Below are positions 53,902 to 58,086 of a DNA stretch of 58,086 nt, piece after piece. The notes under the pieces are model-generated. The model did no database searches. It worked only from the letters and a program-made list of their open reading frames with translations, and had not been told where the DNA came from. Each line of letters opens with the position of its first letter. Position 1 is the stretch's first letter. Both the position numbers and the translations under genes were made by a program. The DNA comes from Candidatus Aenigmatarchaeota archaeon (GTDB lineage: Archaea > Aenigmatarchaeota > Aenigmatarchaeia > Aenigmatarchaeales > Aenigmatarchaeaceae), in NCBI GenBank assembly GCA_046760145.1, contig JBHIDO010000002.1, positions 1 through 58,086 on the forward strand, in the 5' to 3' direction.

Positions 53902-54573
53902 TCATAAACTCTTTAAATATAAAGGTAGATTCTTTAAATCAGTATATATTATGTTATTTTCAATTTTATGATCTTTACCCAAATAAAATGATAGATTTCC
54001 ATCTCTTAGCATTAGAATATCATTAGGACCATTTCCTATGTTTACTGATTTTCTATTTCCTGTTAATTCTTTTGCTTTTCTAGCTCTGCTTTCAGAATCC
54101 CAAAGATTTAATACATTTCCTGTAATAATTTTCTCACTAGAAAATTCCATTGTAGTTCCATAAACATCTATTTTAGTTTTTGGTATTTGGGGTTGGATTA
54201 TTTTTGATATGTATACATCTGCAGCTTCTGACCCTGAACCTGTAAAAACATTCATTTGAATAGGATAAAGCTCTTCTAAAACAGATTTTAAATATCTACT
54301 AATTCCAGTAACCTTGATAATTCTCTCTGCACTTTCTATATACTCATCAAAAGATATTTCGTGTTTTCCTGCTATTTTAACTAACTCCTCAATCCTTGTT
54401 CTCCAATCTTTTTCAGTCTTAGTCACATCAAGAATTTCATCATATATTCCATAATGCTTTTCATTAAGAATATAAAATTGATCAATACTTAGGTTATCTA
54501 GCGAAGGGAATGGTAAAAATTCTTTCTTATATAAAAATTTATCTAAATCAGTATTGACAACTATATTTCTCAT
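53902..54573 (-). CDS. Hypothetical protein, possibly a HAD-superfamily hydrolase
   Basis: N-terminal VNTDLDKF (DxD-like) and C-terminal IGNGPNDILM (GDGxND-like). Confidence 0.35.
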   Translation of the reverse strand: MRNIVVNTDLDKFLYKKEFLPFPSLDNLSIDQFYILNEKHYGIYDEILDVTKTEKDWRTRIEELVKIAGKHEISFDEYIESAERIIKVTGISRYLKSVLEELYPIQMNVFTGSGSEAADVYISKIIQPQIPKTKIDVYGTTMEFSSEKIITGNVLNLWDSESRARKAKELTGNRKSVNIGNGPNDILMLRDGNLSFYLGKDHKIENNIIYTDLKNLPLYLKSL

Positions 54574-54639
54574 ATTATTACTGATGAGTAATCAAATATT
54601 TAAAGATTATTTTTTATCCTTCAAAACCAATGAATCTTT

Positions 54640-55653
54640 ATGAAATTAAAGAAGGTACAAGAAGGAAAAATAAAATTATGGATTTATCCTGGAAGAATTT
54701 ATGATGTTCCGGTTTTTTATAATCCAGAAATGGAATTATCAAGAGATATTTCTGTTTCTTGTATACAAACCTTTCAAAAACAATCTAAATTAAATCTAAA
54801 TATATGTGATGCCTTAGCAGGAACAGGAATTAGGGGTTTGAGATATGCAAAGGAAATTTCTGGAATTAAAAAAGTAGTGTTAAATGATAAAAATCCAAAG
54901 GCATTTAATCTAATTAAAAAGAGTATTAAATTAAATAAACTTTCTAGAAAATGCATTGCTAAAAAAGGAGATGCAAATGTTCTTTTACATGAGAATGTTT
55001 TTAATGTAATTGATATTGATCCATTTGGTTCACCAAATATCTTTCTAGATTCAGCTGCAAGATCAATCTGGCATAAAGGTTTTTTATGTGTAACAGCAAC
55101 TGATACTGCTCCATTGTCAGGAACTTATCCTCAAACCTGTTTTAAAAAATATGGAATTTTTTCAAAAAAAACTGAATATTATTCTGAATTAGGAATGAGA
55201 ATTCTAATTTCTTATATAATTTTAACACTAGCAAAAAGAGACAGATCATTTATTCCTTTGTTATCACATGCAACTAGACATTACTTCAGGGTCTTTGGAA
55301 AGATTGAACATCTAGGAAAATTAAGAAATATATTGAAGCAATTTAAAATGTTTGACGGAATCGGACCAATATACTTAGGAAAAATAAAAGATAATAAATT
55401 TTGTAAAGAGGTTCTAAAAGATTTACAAAAAAGGGATTTTAAATTAGGAAAACAAGAAGAAAGATTATTAAAATTAATAATAAGTGAAATTGATGTTCCA
55501 TTTTATTATGATTTGCATAGAATGAGAAAAAAACAATTGCCAAAAATAGACGAGGTAATCAAAAAATTAAAGAAAAAAGGATTTAAAGCAAGTAGAACCC
55601 ATTTTTGTTTGACTGGAATAAAAACAAATGCTAATATAAAATTTTTTAAATAA
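54640..55653 (+). CDS. trm1: tRNA (guanine26-N2)-dimethyltransferase Trm1
   Basis: FYNPEMELSRDISV, DALAGTGIRGLRYA, IDIDPFGSP. Confidence 0.88.
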   Translation: MKLKKVQEGKIKLWIYPGRIYDVPVFYNPEMELSRDISVSCIQTFQKQSKLNLNICDALAGTGIRGLRYAKEISGIKKVVLNDKNPKAFNLIKKSIKLNKLSRKCIAKKGDANVLLHENVFNVIDIDPFGSPNIFLDSAARSIWHKGFLCVTATDTAPLSGTYPQTCFKKYGIFSKKTEYYSELGMRILISYIILTLAKRDRSFIPLLSHATRHYFRVFGKIEHLGKLRNILKQFKMFDGIGPIYLGKIKDNKFCKEVLKDLQKRDFKLGKQEERLLKLIISEIDVPFYYDLHRMRKKQLPKIDEVIKKLKKKGFKASRTHFCLTGIKTNANIKFFK

Positions 55654-55662
55654 TTCCTTTAA

Positions 55663-55986
55663 TCAAGATTTTCTATGTTTTTCTCCAATTAATTCCTCAA
55701 GCTCTTCTGTTCTTTTATTAAGGGTTGCTTCAAGGTTATACAAAGTAAATTCTTTAAGTAATGTGGAGTCAGGATTTTCTCTACTTTCCTTTTTTAGAAC
55801 TCTAATCATTCTATTTAAAGCAAGAGTAGCATTGTAAAGTGGTTCAGTTTTATCTTCGTGGGAGTTTAAATTTTCATATAAACTATAATTTTTTAAATAA
55901 TCTTCTCTTTGTTCATTTAAAAATTTTCTTCTTCTTTTTCTAAGAAGAATCAATTTTTCTTCTTTTGTCATTCCCATAAAAATCAC
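55663..55986 (-). CDS. Hypothetical helical protein
   Basis: 107 aa, K/E/L-rich, 4-nt overlap with the upstream small ORF. Confidence 0.4.
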   Translation of the reverse strand: MIFMGMTKEEKLILLRKRRRKFLNEQREDYLKNYSLYENLNSHEDKTEPLYNATLALNRMIRVLKKESRENPDSTLLKEFTLYNLEATLNKRTEELEELIGEKHRKS

Positions 55987-56171
55987 TTTGCTCTTAATTT
56001 TAATCTATTATAAATTGGACATACACCAACTTTTTGCCAAAAACATCTAGATCCTAAACATCTCTTCAAATCCTTGTAATAATAACAAGTTTGAACTCTA
56101 TTCCCTTTTCTAATAACCACTGGTCTTTTTAAACTAAGTCTCCTAAACATTGAACCACCAAGTCTTCTCAT
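55983..56171 (-). CDS. Hypothetical basic 4-Cys protein
   Basis: 62 aa, C-x8-C-x4-C-x8-C spacing, basic. Confidence 0.35.
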   Translation of the reverse strand: MRRLGGSMFRRLSLKRPVVIRKGNRVQTCYYYKDLKRCLGSRCFWQKVGVCPIYNRLKLRAK

Positions 56172-56237
56172 ATAATCACTCTTAGGTAATAAATACTAGG
56201 TTAAAGTAATATTTAAAACTATCGTTCAGTAGTAAAA

Positions 56238-56802
56238 TCAAGAAAATTTGAACAAAAACTTGTTCAAATCTATCCGGTGCTTCTTTATTTCAATTCCATC
56301 TTTTTTAAGTTTTTCTATCTTTTTGTGTATACCTTTTGAATATCCACCTATTCTTCCATTAGAATATATAACTTTATAGCAAGGAATCTCAAGATCTTTA
56401 TTCTTACTCAACAATCTAGCAACAACCCTAGGATGTAGCTTTAGCTTTTTCCCTAATAGCTTGTAGGTAGTTACTCTTCCCTTTGGAATTTTCTTCAAGA
56501 TTCTCAAGATATTTTTTTCTTGCAAATAAAATCAACCCATCAACAGGTATATGGTCTTCTTCAGATTGTGTAATAACTTTATAATCTGAATTTATCTTAT
56601 CATATTTTATTATTACACTTCCCTTAAAACTATACCCTGTTTTTTCATCATAAAGAAAACCTAGTCTAGAAAGTATTCCTATCATAGCATACTCAGTACC
56701 CAATGATTTTAATTTTCTAATAACTTGTAAATCTTCATTTGTGACAAAATCTAAAGATTTTTTTAATTCTTTTCTAAGAGAATTCTTCATAATTATATAC
56801 AT
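56238..56802 (-). pseudogene. ogt: Ogt-like (methylated-DNA-protein-cysteine methyltransferase) gene split into two overlapping frames at an A7 run
   Basis: The 56238..56525 ORF is the MGMT C-terminal domain (GRVTTYKLLG...HPRVVARLL...IPCYKVI), and its first in-frame start is a TTG. The 56428..56802 ORF ends in a different frame. Removing one A from the A7 run (56512-56518) fuses them. Confidence 0.55.
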
Positions 56803-56836
56803 GTTTTGCAGAAAATAACATTAACTACGACAATTA

Positions 56837-57406
56837 CTAAAACCTCTTGACAGGACCTGTTACAAATAATCTGTATCTAATGTTTTCTCCTTCTAATTCT
56901 TCTAAAATTCTCTTAATTACAGCATTCATAGGATCTGGCATTAAATTTATTCTTTTCTTGATATCATCAAAACTTTTAAATGGACCATTTTTTCTTTCTT
57001 TAATAATATCCCACATATGCTTTTTTCCAACCCCAGGCAGTAATTCTAGTTGATGTAAACGAGTAGAGATTGGTCTTGCATTATTAAAGAATTCTACAAA
57101 TCTTGACTCATTCTCTTTAACAATCTTCTCAACCACAAATGGTAATTCGCTTCTTGCAAATGTTGTTAAATCTTTTGTAGTAATTCTTCTTTTAATATGA
57201 TCAACATGATCTCTTTTTCCTTCTCCTATATAAAGTTTATCTCCAGATTTAATAGTAGCATCTTTTCTTACCACAATTTCTAATAATGAGAAATACTTTT
57301 CTCCTATAACTTGAGCTATTGGTTCACTTCTTCCTGTAGCATGACCTCTAGGTAAGAAATCCAGTACTATAACATTTTCATCTTTTAGAAATGGCATAAC
57401 AATCAA
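56837..57406 (-). CDS. DUF655-like nucleic-acid-binding protein (OB fold + HhH)
   Basis: VIVLDFLPRGH...LHQLELLPGVGKKHMWDIIKER; conserved neighbour of rpoF. Confidence 0.7.
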   Translation of the reverse strand: MIVMPFLKDENVIVLDFLPRGHATGRSEPIAQVIGEKYFSLLEIVVRKDATIKSGDKLYIGEGKRDHVDHIKRRITTKDLTTFARSELPFVVEKIVKENESRFVEFFNNARPISTRLHQLELLPGVGKKHMWDIIKERKNGPFKSFDDIKKRINLMPDPMNAVIKRILEELEGENIRYRLFVTGPVKRF

Positions 57407-57732
57407 CTATACCTTTTAATTATATCTAAAATTTTTTTTATTTCATCTTCCTTTAAAGAGAATTTTTCTCTAGAAAATACTATTCTTAATTCATCTGGGT
57501 TTTTTGGCAAAAGATTTAGAATTTGTACCATTGTTTCTGGAGACATTCTTAAAACACCTGATAATTCTTCTAAAAATTTATTAGCTTTTTTTGAATCCTT
57601 AATCTTAGTAAATTTCCTTAAATGCTCTAATGCTAGTTTTTGCTCATATGATAATTCTTTTCCCTTCTCACGACTAACCAAAATATCCCTTGCTTCTGGC
57701 ATGCCTATTGGTTTAATTTTTAAAACTTTCAT
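57403..57732 (-). CDS. rpoF: DNA-directed RNA polymerase subunit F (Rpo4)
   Basis: 109 aa helical protein, SYEQKLALEHLRKF, in the position upstream of the DUF655 gene. Confidence 0.7.
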   Translation of the reverse strand: MKVLKIKPIGMPEARDILVSREKGKELSYEQKLALEHLRKFTKIKDSKKANKFLEELSGVLRMSPETMVQILNLLPKNPDELRIVFSREKFSLKEDEIKKILDIIKRYS

Positions 57733-57772
57733 AAAATCCTCTATTTTAATTTATAATTTAAGATTTAAAAAA

Positions 57773-58057
57773 TCATCTCCTTAAGTGTTTTTTTCTAACA
57801 GATTTTCCTCTTTTTACAACCCTATGAAATCTAGCACAACTAGGACAAATATACATTTTTTGTCTTGACATATGAATTTGAGAACGATCAACCTGCCTTA
57901 GAATTGTTGGGTCTGTTATTCTAAGTCCTTTGTATTTAATAAAAGTTTTGTATCTAGGAACCTTTTTACCACAATAGCCACAGCTAACCATTTGTTCTTT
58001 TCCTCTTGTTTTTGAGTGTGCATAATGTCTTGTATACGGTGCTTTTGAAACTGGCAT
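57773..58057 (-). CDS. rps26e: 30S ribosomal protein S26e
   Basis: Basic N-terminus; VSCGYCGKKVPRYK and YICPSCARFHRVVK zinc-ribbon pairs. Confidence 0.7.
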   Translation of the reverse strand: MPVSKAPYTRHYAHSKTRGKEQMVSCGYCGKKVPRYKTFIKYKGLRITDPTILRQVDRSQIHMSRQKMYICPSCARFHRVVKRGKSVRKKHLRR

Positions 58058-58086
58058 AAATATGATTTAGTTTAGAAGTATTTAAC

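Overview
This is a very AT-rich archaeal window with a lysine-rich proteome, densely packed with frequent 1-20 nt gene overlaps. The gene content is the information-processing core of a small-genome, DPANN-like archaeon. It includes the RNA polymerase H-B-A'-A'' operon followed by L30e and NusA. Ribosomal proteins present are S8e, L37e, L21e, L31e, L39e, S19e, S6e and S26e. Also present are SRP54 and FtsY; aIF2-gamma, aIF5B and aIF6; prefoldin alpha; the CCA-adding enzyme, RNase Z and Trm1; class I LysRS; UppS; and an IPK/IDI/GGPPS isoprenoid cluster. I found nine tRNA genes and one free-standing 5S rRNA gene by eye. I saw no CRISPR array, integrase or transposase. The most unusual content is the tRNA set. 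Six of the nine tRNAs carry introns, ten in total. Nine of those ten, including all non-canonical positions (4/5, 22/23, 29/30, 30/31, 45/46), lie in five tRNAs that are each joined to a LAGLIDADG-type ORF. One such ORF sits inside a 674-nt BHB intron in the D-arm of tRNA-Lys(CUU). Three more ORFs and one decayed relic sit immediately 5' of tRNAs, three of them with stop codons inside the tRNA. Only these five tRNAs encode their 3' CCA. Five tRNA 3' ends are followed after 9-11 nt by an ATG, and four of those five spacers carry a (G)GTGAT Shine-Dalgarno-like motif. A second notable region is 33.7-43.6 kb, between tRNA-Asp and tRNA-Tyr. It holds a compositionally distinct, translationally coupled lysine (DAP) biosynthesis operon bracketed by a roughly 113-nt direct repeat, a divergent Lrp regulator, PRPP synthase, the 5S rRNA, a PD-(D/E)xK-like orphan and two tandem paralogous small ORFs. 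Smaller items are a 57-60 aa ORF wedged between rpoB and rpoA1, an Rpp21 lacking its zinc ribbon, an ogt-like gene split at an A7 run, and two short genes missing from the ORF track (L39e and a 55-aa zinc ribbon). All calls rest on manual reading. Homology assignments come from recognised motifs, not searches.
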